DNA of 63,829 bases, filler included, from Octopus bimaculoides (GCF_001194135.2; 8 parts of 8 records of this genome joined end to end with filler, not necessarily neighbours in it); one strand, 5' to 3'; positions 1 through 13,352 are shown, numbered from the whole stretch's first letter. Notes: generated by a model from the sequence alone, not told the origin. Program-made: numbers and translations.

Positions 1-60
<60 letters not shown>

Positions 61-200
61 ACACATTATATATATATATATATAAATATATATGTATATT
101 GATACAATATATGTCTATGTTTGTATATAGATATATACATATGTATAAGTATATGCATATACATGTTGTGTATATACATATGTGTCGTGTGTATAAACTT
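1..200. repeat. (CA)n/(TA)n microsatellite
   Basis: Direct dinucleotide runs. Confidence 0.95.
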
Positions 201-934
201 TAAACAGAAGTAAACGATTTATGAATATGAGCCCAGATTAGATGAAAAGTGTGGTCAGAATTGACTACTGGACTTGAATCATGTTCTATAATAACCTAGA
301 CGACTGTTAACTTTTCATCCAAGCGATTCGGTTGGCCTTCTGAACTCAAATTGCTACCTATTAAGTGTCAGTCTTCAGCCCTAGTGTTTATATCTAACTC
401 ACCAAGCATATAAGATCTCTGCTATTTCGTAGCACTTAAAAATATGAATGCATAAAGAACAGTTCATGTTTTATATTCTTTTTTTTCATTATTCAATAAT
501 TTTCACACTTGAAACTATGTTGTAACGTTTTGAAAATGTCTACAGCATACTAATGTTGGAACATCAACATAACGGACATATTGGTTGATATTTTCTACTA
601 TAAACTTTTCCTTATTTATATAAGTATGAGAACCTACCGTAGTTGTCACCTCTGTTGCAGTCGGCCGATATTTTGTTTTGTTTGTTGCCCCCCTTCTGAA
701 TAGAAAAAACTTCAAATTACCTTTAAAACCACTTGTGTAGCAACTAGATCTTTTTTGCCTTGCTCCACTAGTCTGACTACTCATCAACGCCCACAATAAG
801 ACTTAACTTCAAAATGAAATATGTACAGACCTCATTCGATCACATGTTTTCGGGGTCATATCCGGTCTGAAGTGTACTGAAAAAGCGACGTAGCCTGTAT
901 TTTTGGCCGTGACTTTTATATTTCTGCTGAGCAC

Positions 935-1043
935 TTATTGATGCACCATCTTTCCAGCAGGTGTGTGGCCCATGGCTTCTAACTGCCTTCTCAATCTATC
1001 TTCAGTTTTCAATAATGATCGCATACTTTCATTTGCTTTGAGC
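935..1043 (-). CDS. Candidate terminal coding exon (LKANESMRSLLKTEDRLRRQLEAMGHTPAGKMVHQ*), product unknown
   Basis: On the minus strand CTGAC...CTCTTTACAG precedes 35 open codons and TAA, in non-repetitive sequence. The peptide looks coiled-coil-like; no homologue recognised. Confidence 0.3.
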
Positions 1044-1221
1044 CTGTAAAGAGTGCACATTTCTTGTCAGAGATTCACAACGATTTTTTTCGAATCCTAT
1101 TTCAAGGGCATAGAGCAATTACTTCATATTTAAAAAGAACAGATGTAATTTTCTTCTTTACTTGGGTACATTCCTCTGCTAAGGAGCCACTTTTCACTGT
1201 CATATTTGTTCTATATTGCAG

Positions 1222-1345
1222 TATGTACACATACATACATACATACATACATACATACATACATACATACAAACATACATACAAACATGCATGCATACAT
1301 ACATACATACATACATACATACATACATGCATACATACATACGTA
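1222..1345. repeat. (TACA)n microsatellite
   Basis: Direct tetranucleotide run. Confidence 0.95.
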
Positions 1346-1369
1346 CACACATGCCTTGGAAGGCAGCTC

Positions 1370-2189
1370 CTTCGGAAACTCCTGCAGCTCTTCTAGACGG
1401 TCTCTTTGGTTAAGTTGGTGAATGTTGCCATAACCCTTGCCTTCAGTTCGTCTTTGGTGTTACAAGAAGTTTTGTTAGTCTCTCGCTCAACTGCGTTCCA
1501 CACATAATAATGAAAGGAGTTGTTGTCTGGTGAGTTACATAGCCAGATGTTAGGGGTGATGTGGTTGCAGAAATTGTCTGACTGTCATGACTGGGTTCTC
1601 CTTCTTGTGTGGCATGGTGCAGAGTCCTGTTGCCATACATAGGGTCTTTCAGCACCTAACCTCTTGACCATGCACTTGATGTAGGCCTCCGTGCTGAGTG
1701 TGAGGCCGTGTGGGAAGATGAATGGACGCATAACGTCGCCATCAATAGTGATCACTCCAAACATCATGATGTTCACCGGATGTTTGATTTTTATCACTTT
1801 TGGTACATGTCCTCAGATTGCTCTGTCCTCTCAGTCAGTATGTACACATACATACATACGTACATACGTACATACATGCATACGTGCCTTGGCAGGCTGC
1901 TCCTTGAGCAGCATTCCTTGTCTGGTAACCTTAACTACATGCCCAAAGAAGTCGCACGACTCTACCGTAACCTATCATCAGATGTCCACTCTGAGCTTCT
2001 GGTGCGAATGCCAATCAGTATAGCATGTCGTTTCCAAATTTCTGGCAGAGTGAATTGCGACATGGTGCTATTTTTCTCACAGACGGTTCCCGACTGACCC
2101 TACTATACTGTGTAGTCGACAAAATCAAAACAATGTGCATACGCGAAATAAAAAATATAAAATGGTAACAATTTACACATCGTACCTTG
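1370..2189 (-). mobile_element. Internally deleted Tc1/mariner element, maT (DD37D)-like
   Basis: Remnant peptides KHPVNIMMFGVITIDGD, VWQQDSAPCHT and ...YYVWNAVE. One terminal repeat (CAAGGTACGATGTGTAAATT) ends at TA 2190-2191. Homologous to 14228-14960. Confidence 0.8.
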
Positions 2190-2254
<65 letters not shown>

Positions 2255-2471
2255 GTATATATATACACAGGGTACAATGGTCATATACACACACACACAA
2301 ATATATATATTTATATATTATGTATATATANNNNNNNNNNNNNNNNNNNNNNNNNNNNNNNNNNNNNNNNNNNNNNNNNNNNNNNNNNNNNNNNNNNNNN
2401 NNNNNNNNNNNNNNNNNNNNNNNNNNNNNNNNNNNNNNNNNNNNNNNNNNNNNNNNNNNNNNNNNNNNNNN

Positions 2472-2503
<32 letters not shown>

Positions 2504-2504
2504 C

Positions 2505-2840
2505 GGCAAGACTTTTGAGTTAAGAGAGTTCCCGGTGTTTGTAAATATGTGATTGAGTTGGTATGTTGGTTGAGCTGTCGATGCATACACCCAAGTGTGT
2601 GCATCTATTAACAGAAGAATCTCTTGTGGAAAAATTTTTGGAATGTCTTACAGATCTTCACAGTAGTACAACTTGATTGGATTTGGAGAATCTGTGTTAC
2701 TTTCTTTTGCTCTTTCTCTGTGAAACCGAATATTTCTAGGTTTTTGTGCAAATTTGCTGGTACATATCCCAAATTTGCTGGTACATATCCCAATGCACCT
2801 GTGATGATAGGTATAGGTAAGCTCCGCATTAATTCACCTT
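2505..2840 (-). mobile_element. R4/Dong-like RLE non-LTR retrotransposon, 3' end only
   Basis: Peptide IPIITGALGYVPANL...LQIQSSCTTVKICKTF; nucleotide-homologous to 17547-18703 and 46710-48152. Carries a 21-bp in-frame tandem duplication (GYVPANL x2). Confidence 0.8.
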
Positions 2841-3114
2841 ATATGTGTGTATGTATGTATGTATGAATGCATGTATGCATGTATGTACATACTTATACCT
2901 TTTCTGCTTTTAATTATTTGAATACTTCTTTGAAGGTTTCTAAGAAAGATAAAAAGCTCTATTGTTGGAATGTCGATAACGAAAACAATGCCACATTTTA
3001 AGCCCGAGCAAAGTCTTGCATACTTTTATTGTTCCACTTACAGATTATAATTGCAAGGTGCAAGTCAGTTGGCTGATTTCTTTTTGTGAAAATCCAGGCT
3101 CATCCAGACTGATA

Positions 3115-3503
3115 GTATGTATGTATGTATGTATGTATGTATGTATGTATGTATGTATGTATGTATGTATGCATGTATGTATGTATGCATGTATGTATGT
3201 ATGTATGTATGCTTGTATGTACGTATATATGTTATGTGTATGTGTGTATGTGTGTGTGAGTGTGTCTGTGTCTGTGTGTGCATGTATGCATGCATGTATG
3301 TATGTATGTATGTATGTATGTATGTATGTATGCATGCCTGCATGCATGAATTCATGTATGTATCTGTGCTTGTTTGTATATATGTATGCATGCATGTATG
3401 CACATATGCTTGCATGTATGTATGCATGTATGTATGCATTATATATGTATGTACATAGTTATATAGTTATATATACACTCGCAGATATATAAATAAGACG
3501 GTG

Positions 3504-3560
<57 letters not shown>
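3115..3560. repeat. Compound (TATG)n/(TG)n/(CA)n microsatellite
   Basis: Direct repeats. Confidence 0.9.
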
Positions 3561-3563
<3 letters not shown>

Positions 3564-3809
3564 TTTATATTTGTATGACATATTTGTTCACAAGCATTAT
3601 GACTAGTAAATATGGGTCACATATGTAAATACATGTTGTATAATAGATATGACAACATCAATACTCTCTTCCATGTCTCCAAGTGTATTATATGATTTGA
3701 CACTCATACTTTATTGAGTCAATTGTACACCATGGAATAAATTTAATACCGACCACTTCCTCCATTCTTCACTTATTTTATATTTCGAGAGTGAAGGTAA
3801 CCTCCATCA

Positions 3810-3960
3810 ATTGATATATATATCAAACGGTGTGTAACTCCGCTAGAGGTCTAGTTAGACATCTAAACATGCACAAAAATCTCAACGAAATAATAGGTTT
3901 GCAACTGAAATGCGTTTGGAATATTTGCAGAAAATTTTTAAGAGAGTGTCCGGGCTCAAA
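3810..3960 (+). pseudogene. Degenerate C2H2 zinc-finger remnant, probably retroelement-derived
   Basis: YIYQTVCNSARGLVRHLNMH keeps the L-x2-H-x3-H spacing with Tyr at the Cys positions, followed by CVWNIC. Confidence 0.3.
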
Positions 3961-4195
3961 AGGTGTGTTTAATCTCAGAGGAGACCGCCCTCATATATAT
4001 ATATATATATATATATAATTCAGTTTCTGGGCGATTAATAGATATGCGGGTATTCTATTTCAGATAATACCAAAAAATAACCTAATGAGTAGATCTGAAA
4101 GTAAACTCGTGGTATCCATTTGCACTTAACGAAATAATACTTTAAAGGATATAACCAGTATATCAGCAGGGTATATAATATGCATATATATATAT

Positions 4196-4256
<61 letters not shown>

Positions 4257-4261
4257 TAAAT

Positions 4262-5042
4262 CAGTGGCAACTCTAGGTCATCAGCGTCATTCAGGCTCAT
4301 CACAGATTTCGCATAAGACATATGCCTGCTCGAAGAATTTCATGTTTTTTCACTTTATTTCTAGCTCAAATGGCTTATTTTCTTATATCCAGCACTTTTC
4401 TCCATTTCTAAGGTGAGGGTTAAAATAAAGCAATCCTGCAAAACACAACTGATCTTTGTACACAGACGCACAGAATAACAGCAATCAAATAACGACAGTG
4501 GAGTGCGCAACAAACATCAGCGATCTGACTGTCGTCTGTATTTTTGACAAAAGATGCCATTTAGGTTTTTGCCCCAACTAGGCTCGTTCGTATTAGCCCG
4601 AGTTGCTGGATAAATTTTCGTTCCTTTAAGAATAATGTAGAACGGAAACTTTTCATAGATTGGAATTTAAATACTAATCCCTATAGAAATTTATTGTTTC
4701 AAGAAAACATTGAATTTGAAGTACTTTTAATTTTTACGATTATAGATAACAACTCGGGCTGTAACTTCTGAGGCCGAGTCAGGCGCGTGTGAACGATGTT
4801 GAGAGAACGTCTGATACGAATAATATTTTTTGACACAGGGTACTTCTAAGACACCGCCAGATACTGAACGAATGTAAATGAACTGCAACTAGGCTCAAAA
4901 AAGCGATCCCAAGTTATTGACCGCAATTACATACTTGAAGTCAGTGTTGGTTGGAATTAAATCAGCTTGCAGATACACGGTCACTTTACTAAATTTATAC
5001 TCGGGCTAAGCCCGAACAGCCCGAGCGTCGGAGTCACCACTG
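4262..5042. mobile_element. Non-autonomous hAT-type element (MITE)
   Basis: TIRs CAGTGGCAACTC / CAGTGGTGACTC (10/12). Near-perfect 8-bp TSD GTATAAAT (4254-4261) / ATATAAAT (5043-5050). Repeated internal CTCGGGCT/AGCCCGAG motifs. Confidence 0.75.
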
Positions 5043-5059
5043 ATATAAATATATATTTA

Positions 5060-8000
5060 ATCGTGAGATTTTGTGAGGAGATAGATTCCTTAGAAGAAAT
5101 GAACACTTAAAAAAACTAAAATCAATAACTACGAACCTTAAGAGAAAAGATGGAATCATTGCTCATACGGATAAGAGGGGTAACATTTACAATCTTAATA
5201 TCAACCACTATTACGAATTGCTTAGAAAAGAAATAACTAAAAACTACAAGATAACAAATAGAAATATATTAAGAACGATCAACATAATGACTGATTATAA
5301 AATAGATGATAGAACTGAACCTTTTGAACCAAAAACAAAAAAAACAAAAAAACACGAATAAGCTTAAAGGACCACAAAGTTAATTTCTATAGTAACCCTA
5401 ACGTTAGATAAATTTGCCCAGGAAAGTCAGACCTTGAACAAATAAGCAAAGCTATTATTGATAAATATATACCTATACTCAAGAAAATAGTAAAATTAAA
5501 ACTATGGTCTAGCACATAAGTGGTAGTATATCAGTTTAATAGAATAGAAAACGAAAAAGTAAAAAGCTAATACAGATTGATATAGATAACTACTATTCTT
5601 CAATTAACCCTATATTATTAAACAAAGAACTCTTGTTTGCGAAAAAGAACTCTAACCTAAATATGAATGAAATCAAGATTATATTAGCAGCCAGTAAAAC
5701 AATTATGAAATTTGATAACCAATATTGGGTTAGGAAGGAAACTAACGATAGCTTTGATATTACAATGGGATCTGTAGATTCAGCAGAGGTCACCGATTTA
5801 GTGAGAATATATATAATATTTAGCTTAAGTAGGGAATTTCAGGAGCTCGTGTGGGCGGGAGGGGGTGTCTGTGTAGGGATGATGCACTTTTTACACAGAA
5901 TAACCTATCTAATAGAAAATTAGAAATGTATAAGAAATTTTTTTATAAATTCTTCAAGAATAAAGGACTATCCATAACTATCGAAAACAAACACAATACT
6001 ATCAACTTAGACGTTAACCTTAACCTAGCAACAGAGAAACATAAACCCTACCATTAACCTAAGATACATAAACGTAAATAGTAATCATCCAAAAAGCGTC
6101 ATACAGATTGGTTGAAAATATTTCAAAAGAATATCAAGTTTCTCGTCAAATGAGGAAATTTTAAAGCATAATGTAGACCATTATAACTTAGCCCTAAGTA
6201 AGGCAGGATATAAGCAAAAATTAAAATACTATGGACCAAAAGAAAACTATAGTAATAGTAATAACAATGTAAATAATGCAGAAGTCAACCAAACGTTAAA
6301 ATACTGCAGAAAAAACGAAAGTTATAACAACAGAAACTATACACTAAATAAAATTTGCAATAATAGGGCCGGAATAGGAATAAATAAGCATAGAAATAAA
6401 ATAACTAACAAAGGAACTCAACATGTAATAGATATGAATAAAAGACATAACAACGGAATAATATCAAATAAAAAAACATAGCGCGAAAAGAAACAATGAA
6501 GAACGAATAAGACTTTAAAGTAATGGAAAGATTAAAAGGCCAAAAACTGAATACTACAGCAATAATAATAGTGATAATTGTGAATGCTCAAGTCAATAAA
6601 TAGATAAGATAGAAAAGAACAAATGGGTTGATATCTAAAACCTATACAATAAAATTCATAAAAGCACAACAAAACTCTACACCCCATATATAAATGCAAT
6701 TAGCCTTCACAAAGATTATTTTAATAGAAATTCCGATGAAAACAATATTACATGGTTAATAATTTCGTTTGCAAAACAAATTAAAACCAATTTAGTGAAA
6801 CTGTTCTATAAATCTGTCTCCAAACATTTTACAGGGGAAAGTAAATACACAAGATAATAAACGCACGTAATCTAAAAGTGGGCTTCTGCGTTTCAAAAAA
6901 CATTGCACAAGTTATATCTGTACTGAATGATAAAAAATTGAATGATTTCTATGATAATAGAGATAAAGACAATCCAGATAATCTGCTTGTTGACCATAAT
7001 GATGTTGATCATAACGAAAGTATAGAAAACACAAGTGGAGGAAGGGAGTTAACCCATAATATCTCCAAGTTGGATGAGAAAAATAAAAAATCGCATCTCA
7101 GTAAAATGAAAAAAAAAAAAGAAGCACATAATGATAACAATAAAAGTAATAACATTAGTAATAACCCGGAAAAAATATGAGAATACTTATAACGGAAGCA
7201 ATGAACACAAAATAAGTATAAATACAAATATTAAGACAGATAAGAAACAAAGTATCCTGCCCCCGCAAAAAACTATGGTTAGGAACCAAAACATTAGAGA
7301 AAACAAAATGGAGATAATCCTATAAGTACAGCATCATTAAAAGGGAAATTGAAAATGTAAGTTGCGATTGTAAATTTAAAAACCACTGTCCGTTAAAGCA
7401 TTTTTGCAAACAGAGAAGTTTAATATATACGTGTGAGATAGAATCTGAGGGACAAAATTACTACTATATAGGCTCCACTGAAAATTACACAAACAGCAGA
7501 ATAGTTAACCATAAAAGCACATTTAAAGACAAGAATGAAATAGCTAGCACCAGCTTAAGCAGATTAATATGGGAGATAAAAATAAAAACAAGGAATATAA
7601 GCTAAAATGGGAAGTAATTAGCCGAGCAAAATCTTATACCATTGGTGACAAGAGGTGTGACTTGTGTCGAGGAAATTTTCCAGATGACTTCTAAGCATAA
7701 ACTTATCACCAGTAAAAGAGGAAGAGGATTATTCTGCCCACACAGGATTAAATACATATTTAAGAAATACAATTAAAATAGAAAAATTAAATAGCAGTAA
7801 GTCTAATAGACAATATAAAAATACAAGTTCTAGAATATAAATCTAAGATGTAGATCTAATAATAATAACAATATAACTCAAATCCTTGAGAGGTAAGACA
7901 CAACCACCATATAACAAAAGACAAAAGTAAAACCTAGCCCAGTCACGTGATACATAAAAAACAATACCCCAGTTAAATAGATGTAATTAAATTAAATATA

Positions 8001-8400
8001 ACATAAAAATTAACCCTAGACACCAACAATTATGACTAGTACACCTATAAAATAATTAATAAATTAATAGAAATTATACTATCAATTCAAGTTCTTTCAA
8101 TGAATAATATAAATTAAAATGAAATAAATAGATTAACTTACTGATAAACATATAAACGAAAAATAAATATATATACACCTATAACAGTTTCTTTGTTTCA
8201 AACATGCTAACATGCACACGCACACATAAATAAACGCATGCTACTATTTTAGACTGTTGATGAACGCTCAATCTATTAGGATGTAAAAACAATTGTGTCA
8301 GTTTTCGGCCTGAAGAAATATCTACCTTCGTTATTTCATAATGCAATTTTAATTGTAATTTGAATGAAGATTGACATGGAAACGATCGTAGGCTTACATA
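5060..8400 (+). mobile_element. Penelope-like element (RT + C-terminal GIY-YIG; probably Nematis-like), degenerate, with 3' pLTR region
   Basis: Fragments HTDKRGNIY, FDITMGSVDSAEVTDLV, CRDDAL (YRDDGL-like), LDVNLNL, YINVNSNHP; endonuclease CDC..HCPL..C..IYTC..YYIGSTE..NHKSTF..TSLSRLIWEIK..CDLC..CPHR ending at TAA 7776. Many frameshifts. Confidence 0.9.
8308..8393 (+). ncRNA. Degenerate type-I hammerhead ribozyme motif in the PLE 3' region
   Basis: CTGAAGA (8310-8316), long imperfect stem II, GAAA (8379-8382), palindromic CGATCG, then TA and GGC. Stem I and the stem II closing pair are damaged. Confidence 0.6.
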
Positions 8401-9232
8401 ATTGACAAAATGTAAATAAATTGATTATACTGTGTCCAAAATCTTCATTTTCTTTATGATGTATTATGACATATTATTATAACTATATACATACTTACGC
8501 ACGCGCGCACGCGCGCACACACACACACACAGTTTATAAGTATACGGTAGTGCATCAAACTACATTAACCAAGGTGCCTTCCTTTTCTGAAAAATAGCAG
8601 ACTGTTTAGCTTCAGTGAGATTTGGCTGTTATTTTTAGTAAGTACCCCAAACATTTGCACGCTCTCTCGTTGTCGCAATGGCTGGAGTTAAACCGACCTT
8701 AACATACTTGTTTTCTCGTGTGAAAAATTGTAGAAAAGCATGCTTTGTTATCAGTAAAAAATGGAGCGAGACACTGTTAGAAACAGAATAGAAATAATCG
8801 CTTCTTACCAGGTTAGAAATCAAATGGAAAATGCTTTTATAGTAGAAGGTTTTTTTATTGAATGACTAATTCAGTTCCAAAATGATTATTGTTAACATTT
8901 AGTCTAAGTGAAAAGAAATAAAGAGAAATGAAAAATTCATAAGCATGAAAATAACAAATCTTAACACAGACTATATTTATATTTATATCTGTCTGTCTGT
9001 CTGTATGTATGTATGTATGTATGTATCTGATAATTTAAGTACATATGCACTAAATATACATGCATCTTATATATATGTAAGTACATATGCACCAAATATA
9101 CATATATATATACACATATATATATATAATGTATAGAATACAGTATATGCATGTACATATACATTATATGTACATACGTTGCATAGTCATATATATATAT
9201 ACAGGTGTATGTGCGTGCATATATATATATGT

Positions 9233-9309
<77 letters not shown>

Positions 9310-9649
9310 GTGAGAGAGAAACACTTCCTAAAGAATATCGTTTCAGATAATATTTACATTTTTACATAAAGATTTGCATATGTTTTTTGTTCATGTATCT
9401 ATTGATTCATTCATTTATAGCATATTTGTAAACAAACATGGCGTCGATTGTCGCTTTGGAAACAATTGGAGTGAGCCGCAAGGACATTTTTATTAGAAGC
9501 ATCGTCAAAATGTGTATTGTACGATACAAATAACAGGATGATATTTTTTCGAACGCAGATTTGTTCTATGATGCTAAAGTATTCAGCGTCTAATATGGCG
9601 GATGAATTTGTCAGTGGGCAGTTTAGCTTAATGATAAAGTACCCAGCCG

Positions 9650-9760
9650 GAGTCTTTGATGGATGTGTACCTACTCCATCAGTATCTTTTGCTGAAACAC
9701 TAGATTACGGGGACGTAAACACACCAATACTGGTTGCGAAGCGGTGATGGGGAAAAATAC
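9650..9760 (-). mobile_element. SINE family A fragment
   Basis: Shares TTACGGGGACGTAAACAC with the full copies at 21.8 and 22.9 kb. Confidence 0.7.
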
Positions 9761-10039
9761 TGATTCAAAGACACATAAATATCTAGATACATACATGGAT
9801 TATGAAATAGTGTAATTCATTCAGAATTAGTTATAATATTAGTTAAGTTCAATCGAGTTTGTTTTGTTTTGGAAAGAATACAATATAAAAGCTTTCACTT
9901 TTATATAAATAATTGTGGAAGACTTTTGGGAATATTATCTGCATGGACTTCAAGTATTCGGTTGCTATTTAGTTAGGTAACTTAGGAGTTAGCTATAGGT
10001 TTACTTATTGAATTTATTTACCGATACTGTTTTTATACA

Positions 10040-10290
10040 TAGGGTAACTGTGTTTCTTTGGTGTAATTTAATTAATGTTAGTGTTTAATGCTTCCTAGAA
10101 TTAAGATTGAATGAATGTGGTGATATATATGGAATGTTTGTTCCCAAACAACACTTGTTTTAGTGATGTTTACACCGCTGGATTGAATGGTACTGCCCAT
10201 GTGTCGAAACCATAGTGATATCGGTCGGGCAGCTGATGATGGAGGTATGTTGGATTGTTGGTATGGCTGTTTTTGTATGTGTGGAATAGT
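10040..10290 (-). mobile_element. Highly degenerate RLE-LINE 3' fragment
   Basis: Remnants ISCPTDI and SILILGSI resemble the R4-type endonuclease end seen at 2.6 and 17.9 kb. Confidence 0.35.
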
Positions 10291-10505
10291 TTTATAAGAC
10301 ATCTGTTTGATCTACATACATACATACATAAATACACAGGGATTAGCATTGAGTTGCTTCTCCAACATACTGAAAATTTAGAAATAGCAGTCAAAGAACT
10401 ACTGATTCTAAACTACAAATTTTTCTCTAAATGGATGGCGATACATACATACATACATACATACATGCATACATACATGCATGCATACATATATATATAT
10501 ATGTA

Positions 10506-10550
<45 letters not shown>

Positions 10551-10758
10551 GCGCATACACACACAAACATACACACATATATTAATTGCTTGTGTCCCTA
10601 TCATAAAATATAGTTTCCGTGTTGGCTCTAAATTCTAAAGAAAATCTGTTGAGATAAACGTATATAAGTAATGTAGGCGAGCAAACAGAAACTGCAAAGT
10701 CATTGTCAGCCTTTTCCTTGTAAAAGTTAATAAATATATACATATGCGCATGTGCGTG

Positions 10759-10812
<54 letters not shown>

Positions 10813-11255
10813 NNNNNNNNNNNNNNNNNNNNNNNNNNNNNNNNNNNNNNNNNNNNNNNNNNNNNNNNNNNNNNNNNNNNNNNNNNNNNNNNNNNNNNNN
10901 NNNNNNNNNNNNNNNNNNNNNNNNNNNNNNNNNNNNNNNNNNNNNNNNNNNNNNNNNNNNNNNNNNNNNNNNNNNNTATATATATTGTTGTTCAGGTGTA
11001 TTTACCAAAGCAAACGTTTGGTTCTTTACACATGCATACACACACATACATACGCATATTAGTGATGTTATTTGGCGTAAAGGACTGACAATAGTCATAT
11101 GAAAGTAAAGTAAATACAAAACACCGACTAAGGGCCCTGTCTTGTTATGAAATACTATCGTGCAGTAATTGCGCCATGATATTGATTACAAAATATCATC
11201 ATTATTGTTATTATTATTATTATGCAAATATCTTTGTATACATATATATACATAT

Positions 11256-11302
<47 letters not shown>

Positions 11303-11386
11303 CACACACATATTTTTGATTTCCTTGTTTACAGCAAAGCATCTTATACTATAGTTACATGAAAAAGGACCGCAATTAGAAACTAC

Positions 11387-11441
<55 letters not shown>

Positions 11442-11738
11442 CACTCACACACACACACGCGCACACACATGCGCGCACACATACACACACATTCATACTA
11501 TTTTGAAAGACATAACTTACACATATGTATTTATTTCATGCGATGGAAAATGGATAATTTTCTTTACGACCTGCATTCTCCTACCAGGGTATCACATGAT
11601 TCCGGGGGACTTTCATATTCCCCCTGTAACTGTATAATCTCTTCCTCTGTACATTTACGCCGACCAAATCTGACATCGCCAGCCATTTTAGTTGTTGTTG
11701 ATATTGTTAAGTTGTATTTACCAAATCAAATTATTGGA

Positions 11739-11844
11739 TCTTCTTCTTCTTCTTCTTCTTCTTCTTCTTCTTCTTCTTCTTCTTCTTCTTCTTCTTCTTC
11801 TTCTTCTTCTTCTTCTTCTTCTTCTTCTTCTAGTGCTGCTGCTG

Positions 11845-11904
<60 letters not shown>

Positions 11905-11935
11905 GTGGTATTAGTAGTAGTAGCTGTAGTAATTG
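11739..11935. repeat. Compound trinucleotide repeat (TTC)n-(GCT)n-(ACT)n-(AGT)n
   Basis: Direct repeats; source of the poly-Ser/Leu/Glu pseudo-ORFs. Confidence 0.95.
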
Positions 11936-13320
11936 ACACAATAAGTGTTGTTATTTTGAGAAAGAAGTATGAGTGGGAAGGTTAGGAGAGTGTGAGTCAC
12001 TGTGGTGTGTGTGTGGCGGGGTTCATGGGTAAACTGATGTCTGTTTCTCTTTTTTCTTCTAATTTTTTTTTAATATTTTGAAACCAGCGATTCTTGGTGG
12101 TACGTTTTCGGCACCAGCGTGGCGGTTCCAGTTCTTGTTTTGTCTTCGCAATTATGTTTTAGATACGTCAGGTTGATTTGTTGGTGTAGTTTGATTAAAA
12201 TACCAACACTCTTACTGCCAGTTCCGAATCTGTTTTTTAAGGTTCATATTTTAGATGTGTAATAGGAGCAACTGATAAACTGATCTTGGTGTTTTTGTGT
12301 ATTCCAGTAGGCACAAACATTTAGTTCATCCATTATTTCCTCTCTCCCCACCACCGAAAGCTAGAAAAATGATCAAAACACACAAAAAACAAACGGTATC
12401 TAAAGATTTATGTTTAAAGAAAAACAAATTCTTATTTCAGTTTTTGTGGATTTCTAAATATCGCCTGGATTATCTTGCGTTGAGCAATGCATGGATGTGA
12501 TTGGTTATAGTTAAACAAAACACTGGATAAAGAATATTTGAATCACGCCACTCTGATGTGGTTCTATGTACGTCTTAAAAGTGGAAGGTTACAGGGAATC
12601 ACATAGCCCTAAGCTGGGTGCAAAATATCTTAAATAAATATAGGATGGTCATTCTAGGATTGTCTTTAACAATATCTGCTCAATTAGGGTTGACCTAAGA
12701 TTAAGTAAAAATGAGTTTGGCGACCTCTGTAGATAAGGAAATAAGCCTAAGATCCTAATGAGTTGTGCTCACAGGCGAATGTTACTTCAAAAGTCGACGC
12801 CAATTCGTTTAATTCACCATGCAAAGCCTCTTGGGAAAGGCAAAATTGCCACAACATCCACAATAAAATACAGCTGACATCTGCAGAAAGTGCGGATAGG
12901 TATTGTAAACTTGACGCAGTTCTCTTTAGACGACGTTCTTAAACTGAAATTTTCCCACGAATGTTACCTGAACAGGGATATGTTCTGGTGAGTTGACTCA
13001 CCCTACATACATTCTGCATGACATAACAGCAACATAATAGCAGTTACGAGACTGATTGATACCGTCGCTGTTTAGCTGCAGTCATACGTATTAATGTTAA
13101 GGTTATTTCGATAGCAGTTAAGAAACCTCTATAAGAAGTTAACGGGCTTAAGAGACATTTCAAATAGCAAGACGAAGTTAATCAGCTTTTACGAGAGCGC
13201 TAAATTTAAGTTCAGTCCATAATATACAATACGTGACAAATAAATATGCATGAAAGTGCTACCATTGATCGAATCATATATGAGACGTCAATGCATAGCA
13301 GGTTATGTATGATAAATGTA

Positions 13321-13352
<32 letters not shown>

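Noticed and set aside
5060-7776. Selenocysteine-encoding Naiad-type PLE
   Set aside because: The endonuclease is C-terminal (Naiads have it N-terminal), and the conserved Cys codons I read are TGT/TGC, not TGA.
9438-9533. AACATGGCG start context with a short ORF and possible GTGAGC donor
   Set aside because: Only 11-31 codons, no recognisable product, and next to a SINE fragment.
12060-12300. Possible PLE C-terminal remnant on the minus strand
   Set aside because: Too degenerate to support by eye; needs tBLASTn.
12988-13003. Palindrome GGTGAGT-TG-ACTCACC giving perfect splice donors on both strands
   Set aside because: No supporting exon on either side; compatible with chance.
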